This document shows, piece after piece, positions 39,026 to 52,573 of a DNA stretch of 53,499 nucleotides. The stretch lies in assembly GCA_963575745.1 (NCBI GenBank), contig CAUYUJ010000310.1:62001-115499 (forward strand), read 5' to 3'. A program made the position numbers and the translations under genes. The notes under the pieces are model-generated. The model ran no database searches. It worked only from the letters and a program-made list of their open reading frames with translations, and was not told the DNA's origin. The DNA is from Prorocentrum cordatum. Taxonomy: Eukaryota. How positions within the stretch are numbered: the stretch's first letter is position 1; each line of letters begins with the position of its first letter.

Positions 39026-42000
39026 TTTGGTGCTGAGGGGTCACAAGCGAATCAGTGCTCGTGGCCGCAAGACTCGCACTGGCGGGGGGGGTGTGCCAGC
39101 GCGTCGGAGAGTCCTTCGCCGGAGGAACAAGATTCCTGGCGAAGGTGGGATGAAATTGCTCATAATGGGTCTACCAGATGGGCTCTTCAGGCATGAACAA
39201 TCCGTTGAGCTGATATAGAGGAGTGAGGGAGCAAGGAAGAGGGAACGACGACGACGCGGCGACCCATGCTCCGCTTTCCCTCTTGCGGCTCGGTCCTCCA
39301 ACCGATCTCTAACAGAGATCTCCAACAGCTGCGGGCAGTGGCGGTGGCGGCGGCAAGCGCGGGGAGCGAACGGGGAGAGAGCAATGACAACTCCCCCCGC
39401 GGCGGGCCGCGAAGGCCGCGGTACCCAGCCTAGGGGGTGCCGCGGTTTCCTGGCCCCCCCCAGTGCGCATTGGCCCCTCTGGCGCCAACCCCCAAAAACC
39501 TGCGCAGCGATTGGGGCACGGGTGCCGATAATCCCGCTGGACCTCCCATAGGTAAGGTCGGAGCAGACCGACGAACTCCGTATATAAGCGCCCATGCGCA
39601 AAAGAGAACGTTGGATTTCTCGTGCAGGTACTTTGCCCTGCTCGTCTTCTGCAACTAGTGCCGTGGCGGCTGCGCCTCCGTCATCATTTTGTCCCTTCAC
39701 CTTGAAGAGCGCGAAATGAAATTACCGTTGTTGTCGTAAGCGGTGAAGTTAATGTCTCACGACAACCGATCCCGCTTCTGTTTGGCGCCATTACGCGCCC
39801 ATTTTCCACAATTTTCGTGATCATCGTAATGGTGGCCGCGATTCCAAGTGTCCTGATAGTGGCCGCCCTGGTATTTGATCTGCGTCGTGTAACTGCTCGA
39901 AACCTGACGCTCGTTCTTGGCGACGCCGAGGCGGATGCGCTGTAGAAATAATCGTGGCCGCAGCCGGCCTTGAGGTAGCATCGCGGTTCCTGCGCCTCGG
40001 CCCCGGCGACGTCGGCGTCGGGTTCCGCCGGGGCAGCCCGCGCGCGCCATTGCGGAGAGAACGCCCAGAGGCGGCGGCCATCGGGCCCCCTCCCGCCGGC
40101 GGCGCAGGGGGAGGAGGAAGACGAGATGCAGCGGGCGCAGGGGCAGCGACCGAATCGGCGTCCTCGGCGTCCTTGGTCTCAACTTCCATGGGTTCTGGCA
40201 ACCGGCGCAGGAACCCCTCCGACCGGGTCGGTGGCGGGCCCCTCGGCGCGCTCCTCCGTCGGGCGCGGAGCGACAGCTAGATTGGGCGATTCTCCGACTG
40301 CCGTATCGGTCGTCGCAGTGTTCTGCGGTGGGCGGCTCGCGGGTATCCCATCGCCAGCTGTGAGCCGATATCAGAGAATCCGTCGTCAGCAAATGAGCGC
40401 AGGATGCCGACTGTGACTGTAGCGCTTTGCTGTCCGTTTTTGGCAACCAAGCAAGTCCACGTATCAAGATATTCACCTTGTGATGGCTCGTTCCACTTGG
40501 TCTGGTTGGGGGGCCCGGCCATCGCAATTTGGATTGGCCAGGGATTCGCGCGTATCGCGGTCTTGAGGCTAAGCCCCAATCCCGAGATCGCTGTTTCCAA
40601 CAGGTCCGAACGCCTGATGGTATTATCTTATTGTCGAGTTCGTATGGACCTCTCCGCGTCCGTTGCGGGCAATGATCAACTCTTTCCTCGGCGTAGTATT
40701 TCCACCGATGCTCTTTGTCATTCAGGGGGGGGGGGGGGGGGGGCGTATCTCCGCGGGGCACGCGGCGTAGCGCTCGCGTGAGACATGATCCATTATGCGA
40801 TCTCTCACTAAGTTCATCGCGCGTAGAGGCATGTGATCGCGTTGTGCAAGCTTGATGTTGCCCCCGCAGAATTCGCCGTGGAGTTTAGTGGCCCTTGCCG
40901 CGACGACTCCCTGATCAACATTTTCGTCGAGCGTTCGATCGACCGTCATATATCAATGCGTGAACATGGTTGCGGTCGCGATCAACGAATGCCGTCGAGT
41001 TTTGACCGACATTGCCAGCCTGGGCCCCCCCGACAAATAACCGGCTCTTTTGGCACGTGTCTGGTCGAAAAGGCGCCCCGCAGGATGTCGGACGCGCGTG
41101 TTCGAAGAACTTCTCATGCAATCCGCAGTCATTTCTGTTTTCTAGACCTCGAATTCCAAATCGGCGCTCGGCGTCTCTTCAGAGACAAGGAACAAGGGCC
41201 CCCTCCTATCTAGCTAATGTCAATTTTTCCGAGCATTCGCGATCAACGGTGCAATGGATGGGGCGGCAAGGGCCATGGTTCATCAACTCTCCATGTCCCT
41301 GTCTGGCGAAGTTCCAGGAGGCGCTTGGCGGCAGATCCCTCGGGCCCTTCGCGTTCGCGATGGGGTGCTCGATGCGAAAGTAAGGGCCGCCGCTAATGTA
41401 GGGCGAAATATTGCCCATCTTGGCTGCGTAATCGCTCGCCGGCCAAGTTGCCGCGGGGAGATCCGTTCCGTCCGCGGTGAGGTTCCCCCCCAAATCTGCC
41501 ATCCATCTCTCGGCGCGATTGCGATGCCCCCCGCATTTGGCCACGTGGGCGCGCGGAGAGGATGGCGTTTCATATGTGCCCCGTTGGATTCAAATGCCAT
41601 CGGATGGTAGGCCGCCGGTCGGCCACCTTGGTATTGTCAGTCCAGACGTTGTATGCCATGAGCCTCTGTCTGGGTGTTTCAAATCGAAAATCTGGCGAAT
41701 GTGTGTAAGGCGGAAGGCTGGTGGCATTCTTTGCCTTCCACGAGGGAAGCGTGCGCATTTGTCTGGCAAGACAAGGCGTGCTTGCATTTGACTTTGCCAT
41801 CCTCAAGCTGTCCTTCAACCATTGCTTTTAATCCTGTTTGCGGTGTGCCACATTCACCGGTGCGCGTTCGTTCCAAGCGGACGCGAAGGTCCTGGCTGGT
41901 GCAACCACCTTCATGAAGGGGAAGTCCTGGCCGTGGCGCTTCGCCCGTAGGATGGGGGCCCGTGGAGCCACCGGTCCAGCCGCGCCCGTTCCCTATCGAT

Positions 42001-42481
42001 CTCGGCCACCAGATGGTTGGGTGCTCGGGGTGGGTGGTCTCCTCGGGCCCAGATCGCATCCCGATTGAAGTCGCTGTCAACGAGCCGCCCGCATGGTCTC
42101 CGCCAGTCCGGCCCCATCAGGAATAGCCGTTCATTTTCCACCGCCTGGATCCATATCCGGAGGCGCGAATTCCTCCGAGCCCGCCCGTGGAGGTAGCAGA
42201 TCTGCGCGGGCGCAGAATCTATCCATCGATGAGGTGCCCCCCCAAGGCGTCGAGCAGGGCGAGGGCTTCGGACGCGAAGAACTGGGCCGTGAGCTTTTTG
42301 GCCGACGTCCAGGAAGTCCCGAAGGTCAGGTGCGCCAACCAGTCTGGCAGGGTCAGGGCCTTCAGAAACGTCCAAAACCCCAGCCCACATGGGAAGTCTC
42401 CCGCGCCTCGAGAACGCCCCCCCGACGCCTCCGGGCACTGCGAGCCACCCCCCGCCAGGATTCCCCCTCCGGGTGGGGCGC

Positions 42482-42632
42482 TGGATTGTTCAGTGCGCAA
42501 GCCCCTGAGCCCTAGTATGATTACGTCGGGTCTTCATCACTGCTGCTGCTGCGCTGCTGTGCATCATTCAACCTCTGAACTGATACTGCACTTGGTCTTA
42601 GTCAAACCCTAGAGTACATCTGAGTTCTCACT
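42482..42632 (-). repeat. 3' LTR of element 3 (alignable part; may extend to about 42937 across a (TA)n tract)
   Basis: 151 bp ungapped match to 52423-52573 with 16 mismatches by manual count; ends in CA on the minus strand. Confidence 0.9.
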
Positions 42633-42877
42633 ATCATTCTAGTCTCTAAGATCTAGCTATCCAGATCTTCCAAACCGAAACGAACAAAAAAGACAAAGCA
42701 CGAGCAGGCCGGAGTAGCGGCCTCATACACTACATTGATGCTGAACTCGACCCAGTCGCGGTCGAGGGTGCTGAATTCGGTCCAGTCGTGGCCGATGGAG
42801 AGGAATATTCCCATCTCCAGATATCAGCACACACATACATGTATATATATATGTAAGTATACACATATATATATATT

Positions 42878-42916
<39 letters not shown>

Positions 42917-43052
42917 CACAACCAATCACTGCTGACAATGTCGCTCATGCTCACTCGCCGAATGCTACATTCGTCTCACCAAACAGTATCAACAACGTTC
43001 TATGTTCTCGAGGTCGCTCTCTGTGAAATTCCCAGGTCGATATGCGATTCGC

Positions 43053-43700
43053 TCACATGTGATCACTTTCTTGTTCGCTGTGAACCTGGCCACCCGTCGT
43101 CAGCATTAACATTAACTGAGGAAAGACACCAGGCTTGGTCAGCGCGTCGGCGATCATCACATCCGTGGGAATATGCATACTGTAGCGCATTCTGCGTGGC
43201 ATCCTCTCCTCTCTGAGTGCCATGGCTGCCAATCGTTGCTGTTTGTCCTGAGGCACTCCTTTAAGGTCAGTCACCAGTTCGACCATGTCCTTGCAGTCCG
43301 TTAAATGGTCGATCGGTGCAATATACTGTCCATTCAAGCTCATGTCGATCAAGACTGCTATCTTTTGACGTGTCGTACCCTTCAGTGCAACTACCATTTC
43401 TGTCATCAGTATTGCCGCCGTCTGAGCTCCATTCACCACTGCCAACCCGCAATTCGCCTTGCCCATCGAGGTCGTGTGTGCCACCTTCTTCGCCTTGCTG
43501 CTGATGGCCGTCAGTATATGACACTTGCCTGACATCGCGGCCGCGCTCGCAGGAGTCAGAATATGTTCGTCGCTTATCATCAAAACCCTGTCTTCCATGA
43601 GAAGCGCGAGCTGGCCTTCTTAAGGATATACTGAGGTCTTCGTCGTATGATTGGCGTCACCAATCGCTCTCAAGCAGAAGGGTGGTGTCATCCTCGGATC
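43053..43700 (-). pseudogene. RNase H of element 3
   Basis: AIGDANH, HLTDCKDM and HIPTDVMIADALTK (copia ADALTK motif). Confidence 0.88.
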
Positions 43701-44830
43701 GTGCAGTCCAACCAGTGAGGTCCCTTGTCGTGCTCGCTTCAGTCGTGCATTCGCTGGCTTGAGATGGACAGTATTCGGCTCATTGTTGAAACCTTGCAGT
43801 TGCGTCACCTCTGTCATGATATGAATGTTGCACTGGCGCAAGAACAGCATTGATGTGATAATACTCCTGAAGACATGTGCATACTGTCCAATTACCATCT
43901 TCTCGTCGTGTCCTTCAGGGTTCTCGCAGAATGCTATCTTTTGCGGATGGTCGACCTGTTGCAGTATAGCCGTTCTATTGGCCAATATCTTGTACTGCGC
44001 GCCGTTGTGTGTGAACGGTAGCTGCTGCCTCTTCACTGCTCCGAACTTACCCTCCAGAAGCTTGATGACATCGCTCTGCGTCCTGGCTCGAGCTGCTGCC
44101 AGCAAGTCGTCCACGTGTATCGCAACTCCATCTGTCGCCTTCTCCTCCTCGTGTGCGTCACGTTCTCGGTCGGGTAGGTCATCGTGGGTCCGGTAGACGA
44201 AGTTCTCATCCCATCGACTCACTCGCGCTCGAAGAACGTCCACTAAAGATGCGGTGCGTCGACTAGCCCATACATAGGCTTGAGAAGCTCCGAGATGAAC
44301 ATCTGGATGTCCCGGCTCTTCGCGTGGATCTCGCTGCCGGGTAGCACATCCAGCAGTCTCCATGTAATGCTCGGTGGAAGCAGATCGACCTTCCGCACCG
44401 TCTCACAGTCGATCTTGAGCTCCTTGGAGCGACGATGGATCTCGTCAAAGCTCAGGCCCTGTAGGAAGGCCGTGCTGATGTTCCAGCTTTCGAGTGCTGC
44501 TGTGCCGTCGAGACAATCAACTTCTGGCTCAACCTGCTGGCAGTACTCGAGTGTCGCTGTACCTCGTGCTTCTGCTTGTCAAGGAAGCCTCGCCCGCGCA
44601 ATCTGCTATTCACGTTCCACTCCTTGGATTTGGCAGCGTCCTTCCACTTCCTGACCCACGCAGCGTCGATAGCGTTCGTGCTTGAAAGGGATCGCCTGGC
44701 TCGACAGGCAACGACCTTGTGGTCAACGAAGGCCGCCAGTTCCTTCGAGTCTGCCTCCTCGGCCTTCGTCCAGCGAGTCAGGATGTCTTCTTCTGTCAGT
44801 GCATCCGGCTCCTTGGCCCCGATGTGACAC
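43701..44830 (-). pseudogene. Reverse transcriptase of element 3
   Basis: EADSKELAAF, WVRKWK, SRLRGRGFLDKQ, STASRLSQKL and VAIHVDDLL; frameshifted. Confidence 0.88.
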
Positions 44831-46691
44831 TGCACTTCAGCTGTCCGAAGACAAAAAAGAAAGCAACTGTTCCGTCGCCGAGGGCCTCTGAACGTCCAGA
44901 GAGCTTCAGTCGCATTCCATGGCAGATCGCCTTCTCGTAGGCCTGAGATATAAGCGTCTGCTCGATTGCGCTCCTCAACCATCGTCGCGACAGGGTCGTC
45001 GAGATATGCTTCCTTGGTGTCGTTTATCATGTGCATGTCGTTGTCGTCATGCTCGATCGCACTGTGCAGCACATTGTGCCTGGGGAAGAAATCTTCATCT
45101 TCAACTGGATGCGGATCCTTCTGCTGTTGAGATGATTCATCCAATATTCGTTCGAGATCGCCCGTCAGATCAATGGCCGGATCCGCTGGTTCCAGAACTG
45201 CAGGTGGGCCATGTGGTTCTGGTTGGGTCTCGTCACGTCAGCGTCTTGAGGAGGAGGTTGTCCGCCTTCTGCCTGTGGTCCTGCCTCATGCGGGGGTGCG
45301 TGGCCGTGATCATCTCGGTTCTGCCAGATCCGCTCCTCGCTGTCATCAAGACGTCGACGCTGAGTCCCTGGCAGGAGGCTCGTATAAACATGATCTCCAA
45401 GCTCAGTGTTGCTGCGCTTCTCTCTTCCCACAATCGGTTGCTCCAGAATCTCGCTCAGCGGCTTTTGTGCATTCATTTTTTCGTCAATAAGCTTGCTGAG
45501 GTCTTTCGTGAGATCCAGAATTGCGTCGGTCGGCTCCAGGACAATAAGTCGTCCATGTGGTTCTGGTCGATCCTGTGCTGTTGATGTTGTCAGAGCTTCC
45601 GTCGCTGGTGTCGAATCTAGTCGTGTTGGTTCCGTCGCTGTCGGTGCTGCAGCAGTAGGTGTCCTTGTGTTCTTGCGCTCCGGCTCGCTCCAGAACGCGA
45701 TCGGGTTCTCGTGTGAGGTCCATTGTGTCGTCCATGGTATGATCTGATGTTGGCACACTCCTGATGTCCTCATTGACCCGCACTGTTCCTGGTTCATGTC
45801 GCGGAGGCTGAGGAAACTGAGGCACTTGTTGTACAGGAGGTGCCTGTCGTGGTGTCTGTCCGTGTACTGGTAGCGCACGTGGCGTCGACGGTATCAGCTG
45901 TGCTCGCGGCGGTTCCCGAAAACTCTGCGTCGGTACAAGTGCAGTCGCCGGTTGAGCTGCCGCTGGAGGTGCCAAGGGAGCTCCAGCTCTTGATCACCAA
46001 GCCTCAGAGGAGGTAGTACATGCTGTGGCCGATGTCCAGGATCCCACGGTCTCGTGCGAGGGTCTGCCGTCTGTGGTCCAGGAACCACTGCCTGAGCGTC
46101 GCAAGAGATGGGCCTGTCGACCTCCGCCGGATGCTGTATTACCTGCGTCTGGTCCAGCATCGTCTTGTCGTGATTCACTGTCTTGTTGTGCATCGCAGCC
46201 GCCAGATCAGACATCCAATCGTCCATGTCGGGAATCAGACTGATCATTTCTGCCGCGTCGCGGTCGACATCGCTGACCGACTCTGGGGCAGAATCGATGT
46301 GATATAGGTCATCAGTGTTCGGCTGCGAGTGTTCGTCCAGAAAAGGGTCCGTCTGAGTCGATAGTGAATAGAAAACAAGGAAGGATGCGTTCTCCCACTT
46401 AATCTCGCTCAGGTTGTTGATCGCGACGCCTTTACTAGGACCTATCTCATAGGCCACATGCTTGGAAGGGTCGCTGCGCTCCCAGAGTACTATGAGGCCA
46501 TGTCGAACTTCATGTAGTGCCGGTGCTCGCCGCAGAAAGGTGCCGCACAAGACTCCGTACAAGTTCTTGAGCTGAAATAGCCGCTGGCAGGTGAGCATGC
46601 GTAGCTTCCAAGGCTGGATGGCGATCAGAGTCTTGACATCTGGTGAGCACCCAACTTTCCATTCTGATCCACTGTCTTGCCCGGTCGTGTG

Positions 46692-47960
46692 CTATCCGTA
46701 TGTGCTACCATCGACGATGTCCATGAGCTTCCTGAAGGTGTTGATTCGCATCGCCCCTAGTAGCGTGGTATCGCCAACCTGATATACCATGAAATTGGCC
46801 ACATGCCTCCTCGAATATCGAACCGGTGCAATGTAGGGAATTTCGTTCCAAACCTCAATCGCCGTACCTTCCGTGACCTTGACCAACTCTGCTGGGCCGC
46901 GCCAGCCAGACTGGTCCTTCCGCTCGGGAATTCGGTAGATGTCCACGCTGTCTCCAGGTTTCATCTTCTGCTCGGGTCCATGCTGCTGTACTCGAGTGCG
47001 GTTCGCTCTGGCGATCCTGTCCTCCACGATCGCCCTGGCCATCTCCGACTTGGCGAGAAGTCGAAGGCGCACTGCCGCCTCGAACGGATCAGGGCAGCTC
47101 GTGGTCGCACTCTGTACCGAGTCCAACCTGGTCGCCTCCAAGTCGTAGTAGTCGCTGGGAATGAAGCCCAGAACGACCTGTGATTCAGTCTGGCCCGCGT
47201 AGCTGACCATGCTGTTGGACACCATGGCGGCCTCCTGCACTAGGTCGATCTCGGAGACCTCAAAGCCCTGCAGCGTGCATGTCCTCCTGAGCGTCATGGC
47301 ACACAGACGAACTAGCTGGTTCCATCTCTCCACGAGCCCAGTCATAATGTGATCGTCGGTGCCAGCATAGCGTCTCTTGATATTCAGCTTGTCGCGGGTC
47401 CTCGACGGCAGCTCTGAGACTGGGCCTCCTTCTCGATCAAGGATCATAATCTGCATTGGCCCAGAGTAGCAGATCCAGATACGCATGATGGTCGTCAACA
47501 ACTCCTTCGGTGTTCTGTCTGCCGCAACGTCCGCCACTTCATATCTCGAGATTTCGTCGATTCTTAGGATCCACGTCTTGTCCCACATGAAAAAAACAAG
47601 TCAAGCTGAACTCGGTGATTGAATCGTAGGGGTATCGTAATTCCTGCCTGTGGTTTCGTCATCGGTCTCGCGTGGTCTCTGCATATGGAGCATGCCTGCG
47701 TAACCCAAGCAATCACCGCGCTGATGGTCTTCGTCCAACACTCCGCGCTTTTAAGAAACACGATCATGTCCGGCCCGGGAGCGTGCCAGAATCGGATGTG
47801 GAAGCCCAACAGGAGGTGCATGAGCTCCTTCTTGTCGGTGGTCTCCTTTAACCTGGTGACATTTTTGCTGGGATCGAAATTCGGCTTCACATCGTGCCAT
47901 TTCTCCATGGCGATCTCGGGTTCCTTCTTGATGTCCCACCTCTCCTTCTTAGGAGGAGCT
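46692..47960 (-). pseudogene. Integrase of element 3
   Basis: FHIRFWHAP..CSIC (HHCC), RFNHRVQLDLFF, a frameshift near 47590, then IDEISRY, ILDREGG, TGLVER and SGWRGPA. Confidence 0.88.
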
Positions 47961-48399
47961 ACAGCATGAGGTGCAAGCGCTGGAGGTGGTGCAACCTCTG
48001 CGCCCAGTACCTCCGGAAAAGCTCGAGATGCCTGCTGTTCATCGCCGTGAGGTAGAGACTCCAGTGATATAATGGCCGGCTCGTCCTCACCGCGCTCTAC
48101 CTTGACAGCAGGTAGGTCCTCATCTTCCTCCTTCTTCATCGCTGGCTCGTTCTCGTCACTCTTGCTCTCTTGTTCGACTTGGGCTGGTGCCGGTGGAGCC
48201 GCTGCCTCTGGTACTGCTGGATCGTCATCATATTGTTGCTCTTCTGATGGTGCTGCTGCGGGTGCCTTCTTCTTCTCCTCTGCTCTCTGTGCTGCCAGCG
48301 GTGGTGCAAGTTTGCAGTTGCCTGGCTTCCTGGTGTGTTCTTTGTCGGTCTTCGTGCCAAGTCTGCAACGTTCGCATCCCCAGTAGACGCGCGCGCGGA

Positions 48400-49137
48400 C
48401 CAGGCGGAATGTCCTTCATGATGCCATCGCAGAAGTTCCTGGGATACACCGCTGCCTTGGCTGTCCGCTTGATGCCGTCTACCGCTCATTCGAGGCGCCG
48501 AAGGCGCACTGATCCGTCGTGTAAGTCTTCATGACACCGCTGTCGACTGTCAGTGAGAAATCCGACTTGTCCCAGAAATCGCTGTTGTTAAGCTTCTCAA
48601 TTGCATGTCGCTAATCGTCGCTCTTGGAATCGCTGATATCCTTGTTCGTAATCTGATCGTCGGTGTCTGGTGACTTCGCTCCGTCTGGAGAGCCTTTGTA
48701 TCCTTATGTCTGCTGGCGATCGACCATGGCATGCACGTCGGTGACCAGAAGGTGACTGATATCTTGCAAACTCGTTGAAGATGCTGAAGGTGGTTCTGAT
48801 TGTGTGAATTCGCCATGTTCCAGCCATATCGGTAATCTACGGGAAAGCCTACTAGAATACCTTGAGTATATGCACGATGACTGAGACGACCGCTGCCTGA
48901 CATTCGTGCTTGCATGTCAACATGCGAGATGCCCATGAGCTTCAACCACCTCGTGTAATTCTCGGGCGTCACCACTGGCAGCTGGGTTTCGAAGTAGAAC
49001 TCCTCAGGCATAACTCGGTCGATTCCTTCCATGTATTTCTTCGTGCCATCGTCGAAATCATGCGGCCAGAGATTCGTGCCGTTCCACTTCGTCGTCTCAA
49101 AAGATCTCCATGGCTGGTTGTAGGCCTTGCCGGTCAT
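48400..49137 (-). pseudogene. Cytosine-5 DNA methyltransferase-like domain of element 3
   Basis: Motif I-like MSGSGRLS, GFPVDYRYGWNM, motif IV-like FWSPTCMPWS, and motif X-like AAVYPRNFCDGI in another frame; lies between PR and IN. Confidence 0.7.
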
Positions 49138-49589
49138 ATGCTCGCCGTAGTGTCGTTCACTTTCGCTTCTGGTGTGTCGAATCTCACTCTCATTCCACTC
49201 TCTGAGGTCTGAGCTTCTGAGTCGTCGTTCACACCAGTCGTCAGTGTCACGCCAGAAGCAGCTGGAGTCACCATCTCCATCTTCCCGTTGGGTTTCACAC
49301 TATGCGAGTCAGGTACATGGGTGCTCAAACGCCGCCGCTGGCTCGGCTCGCCAACAGCAGCTGGAGTCACCGTCTCCATCTTCCCGCTGCGCGTTCCGCC
49401 ATGCGAGTCAGGTGCATCGGTTCTCAACCGCTGCTGCTGGTTCGGTTCGTCATTCTGAAAGGAAAGAGAAGCTTCCGTGCTTGATGCTCCGATGCCTTCG
49501 CCGTCCATTATCCTATCCATGTATGATCTCGCTGCTCGTCGGAGTCGGTCTCGTTCCTTCCATGTTCCAGCACTCGGGTCATCAATCGG

Positions 49590-50040
49590 TAGGATGTATT
49601 GTCCAAATTCCGTGTAACGAGCTCGCATGAATGTTGTCGGTCGCAGCTCATTGCCGAGGCCGTCCAGGCTGTTGATGATGAGTACTCCATCCTTGTTCGG
49701 CAAGATGCCCGTCAGGAGGCCCATCGTGTTGTTGATCATGCTTTCCAGCGGCATTAGTAATGGGCATCTGCTGCCGGTGCCGCCTAGCATGTCCATAGTG
49801 AAGCTGCTGTTCGGCAGAGCCTCCAAGTTCAGGGGTAGCTTCCCAAGTCCAAGATGGATTGGCCACTCCGTCGATTCCAGAAAGCTTCGCTGCCGAGCTC
49901 GTCATTTCCAACTGCTGACCTTTGGGCCAGAGCAGCACTTCACAAACTTCACGAAGAGTCTCTGTGCCTCCTAGACCCTTGGCGGCGCACGGGTCAATGA
50001 TGGGGCCCAGCCGCCCTTCTCCTCGAACCGTATGGTATGA
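49590..50040 (-). pseudogene. Aspartic protease of element 3
   Basis: IIDPCAAKGLGGTETL (decayed D-P-G type), LSGIDG and CPLLMPL. Confidence 0.6.
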
Positions 50041-50907
50041 AAATGCCTTGCCGGCACCGCTGTTGTCATCGTCATCTCCAAGGGAGACGTGCCTACTCAG
50101 CAGTGAGGTGTGCAGCGAGTCCGAGCATATCCTTTCTGCGGTGAGCCAGGTGTTCGTGCCGATAATGTAGCCTCTGGAGATCTGGCTCGTATCCGTTGTT
50201 GCTGGTCCGGGTCGTCGTCGCCCTCTGTGATCGTCGTCTGCTGCACAGGTCTCGAAGGAAAGTCAATCTTAGAAGGCTGATATCCGAACTTCGTGTAGAT
50301 GTCTGCGTCGATGTCGTGGTCGTGCGGTCCGAGCCGCTGCCGAAGGGGTTGAGGGGTTGTTATTCGTCTACTCCTTTTTGTACCTCTGGAATAGAGTCCA
50401 GGAGAGATGTCTTGACTGTCATTGGTCTTTTGCCTGGATGATCTCCATGTTGCTGTCCTTTCTTGAAGCCTTTCTTGGTTCCTGTCCAGTAGAGCTGCGA
50501 TGGGTATTCATATCCCTGATCGTCCTCATGCTGACATGCTTTGTGATAGACATCTGCCGCTCGCTCACTGAGGAATGACTCGCATTCGTAATGATCGTAC
50601 TCGTCCATTCTGTAGGTTGGGCAGTCGAAGTACTGCGTCTCATCTGTGCGTCTGGAACCTCTTCGCGCATGGGATGTGGAGAACGGTCAGCAGGCGTCTG
50701 AGGCATGCCCCAAGGGCCTGCACTCGATGATGCTGAGGATGGTGGCGCCTCCTTCCGCGGCAGTTCCTCGTGGGCGTGCAGGTTGAGTTTGATATCATCT
50801 TGAGTGCCATCTGCGTGCGAACCAACCGCCGATGCGAATCCATGCTCACCTTGTTTTTGTTCGCTGCCACGTCCTTGTCCTTGTGGAGGTTGTCCTTCGT
50901 TCGCCGG

Positions 50908-50949
50908 GCAGTCCGCGTTCTTGTGCCACTTGGAACCACCGGCGCTGCA
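50908..50949 (-). other. Decayed CCHC knuckle of element 3
   Basis: CSAGGSKWHKNADC, with the second Cys replaced by Gly. Confidence 0.7.
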
Positions 50950-51399
50950 TCCATTGCTGCCGCTGTCGCCGCCGCCTGACTTTCGGCACTTGGTGCTCAT
51001 CTAGCCGCTGCTTTTTCCGCCCCAGTGTGCTTGATGATCGTCCTCGTACTGGCTACTGCTCCATCGTCCTTTACCTCGTCCTTTTCCTCCAGATCCGCGT
51101 CCTTTTGATCGTCCTCGTCGATTGCCTCTGCTTTTACTCTTGCCTTTGCCTTTTCAAGGATAATTGCCGCCAAATCTGTATCGAGGTCGAAAACCTCACA
51201 TCTGGTATGCTTGGTCCAGCTCCGCGTCGTCAACCCATGCCTCTATGTCTTCTGCCTCATACCAAATGCCGTCGTCGTCGTATGCCCCGTAACTTCCATC
51301 ACCGTTCTCTGTCCAATACTCTCTGCAGTGCAGACCGCTTTCCTCGTCATAGGTCCAATATATCAGCTCGCCGTCTTCGTGTCCAACACGTGCTCGGTC

Positions 51400-52092
51400 T
51401 CATTCTGTTCCTCCATCTAGTGAGTGCCTGAGCTGCCTGTGTTCATCTCCGACTTGGCGATTACGTGTGAGCATTGAGTGCACTGTCTGGAACTGATCCA
51501 AGTCTCCATCTATATGCAACTTGATGTCGGCGATGCACCTCGTCGGTAATCCACTCCATGTGAACAGCATGTGTGTCAATCCGACGTTGCTGATCGTCAA
51601 ATTCGCCTTGTCGTTCGCATCTGTGTATCGCTCTCTGAAGTTCAGCAAGTACTCCTGCAGGGTCTGATTGCCACGTCGAGTGTCTAGAAGTCTGTCCAAG
51701 AAATCACACTGCTTATCTTGATCGTCTGCTTCGAATGCTTCCGTCAGCCTCTGCATCAAGTGCCCTGCTCCTGATATGTCTGCTTCGACTATGATATTGC
51801 CTGCTGCATCTCGCTCTTCGTCAACTCTAGGCCATGCGAGGGCTGCGTCTTCTTTGTACTTCTGGTCACCTCTCGTCACCTCCAGACTCATCGCAATAGT
51901 GAGTGCTCGATCCAGAAGTCTGGACGCCATGCTTGGTCCAGCCTCTCGCTCATCCAGCGGCGTCAGCCGCCACCAGAGATGCAACCTCTGCATATAGGCC
52001 TTGAAGGGGCATGAATCGTCGAAAGGTGTCCATCCTGGGGGAACATATCGGGTGAACTCCTGCAATCGATCTGGATGTTTGTAATCAGCCAT
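51400..52092 (-). pseudogene. Gag of element 3
   Basis: VPPGWTP..PFKAYMQRLHLWWRLT..SRLLDRALTIAM and RRGNQTLQEYLLNF; frameshifts downstream. Confidence 0.8.
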
Positions 52093-52407
52093 TGTCTCTT
52101 GTCGCAGTCGTGCTCGAGAATAAGTCCAACGCACGCGCGCAGCCTGATTGGCTGCTGTCGGGGGGCGAAGAAGATATCCGCGAAAACCTTGTCCTGTCTA
52201 TCTCTGCGGAGATGCCGTTCTTCTTGCAGATGCTCTCGTGCTTCTCCTCGAAGGCGCTGGCCTTCGCGAGGTAGTGGCTGACCTCCGCTGGGAAGGTCCA
52301 CGCGGAGCGCTGCGTTGGCAACGCGTGGCCGAGGATCTGCTCCTCGAGGTAGCGCCTGGCGGCGCCGGGTGCGCGCGATGGGGCCGCGCGCGTGGTATGG
52401 AGCCGTA

Positions 52408-52419
52408 GCTCCGCTACCA
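52408..52419 (-). promoter_or_regulatory. Primer-binding site of element 3
   Basis: TGGTAGCGGAGC, 3 nt after the LTR-terminal CA. Confidence 0.88.
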
Positions 52420-52422
52420 AAC

Positions 52423-52573
52423 TGGATTGTTTAGTGCGCAAATCCCTGAGCCCAAATATGATTACGTCGGGTCTTCATCACTGCTGCTGCCGCACTGCTG
52501 TGCATCACTCAACCTCTGAACTGATACTACACTTGATCTTAGTCAAGCCCTAGAATGCATCAGAAATCTCACT
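52423..52573 (-). repeat. 5' LTR of element 3 (apparently truncated on its outer side)
   Basis: Matches 42482-42632; similarity stops abruptly at GC-rich unrelated DNA. Confidence 0.88.

Larger units (their letters stand above)
42482..52573 (-). mobile_element. LTR retrotransposon element 3: decayed Ty1/copia with an internal DNMT domain
   Basis: Direct repeats at both ends, a PBS, and the order gag-knuckle-PR-DNMT-IN-RT-RNase H, with many frameshifts and stops. Confidence 0.92.
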
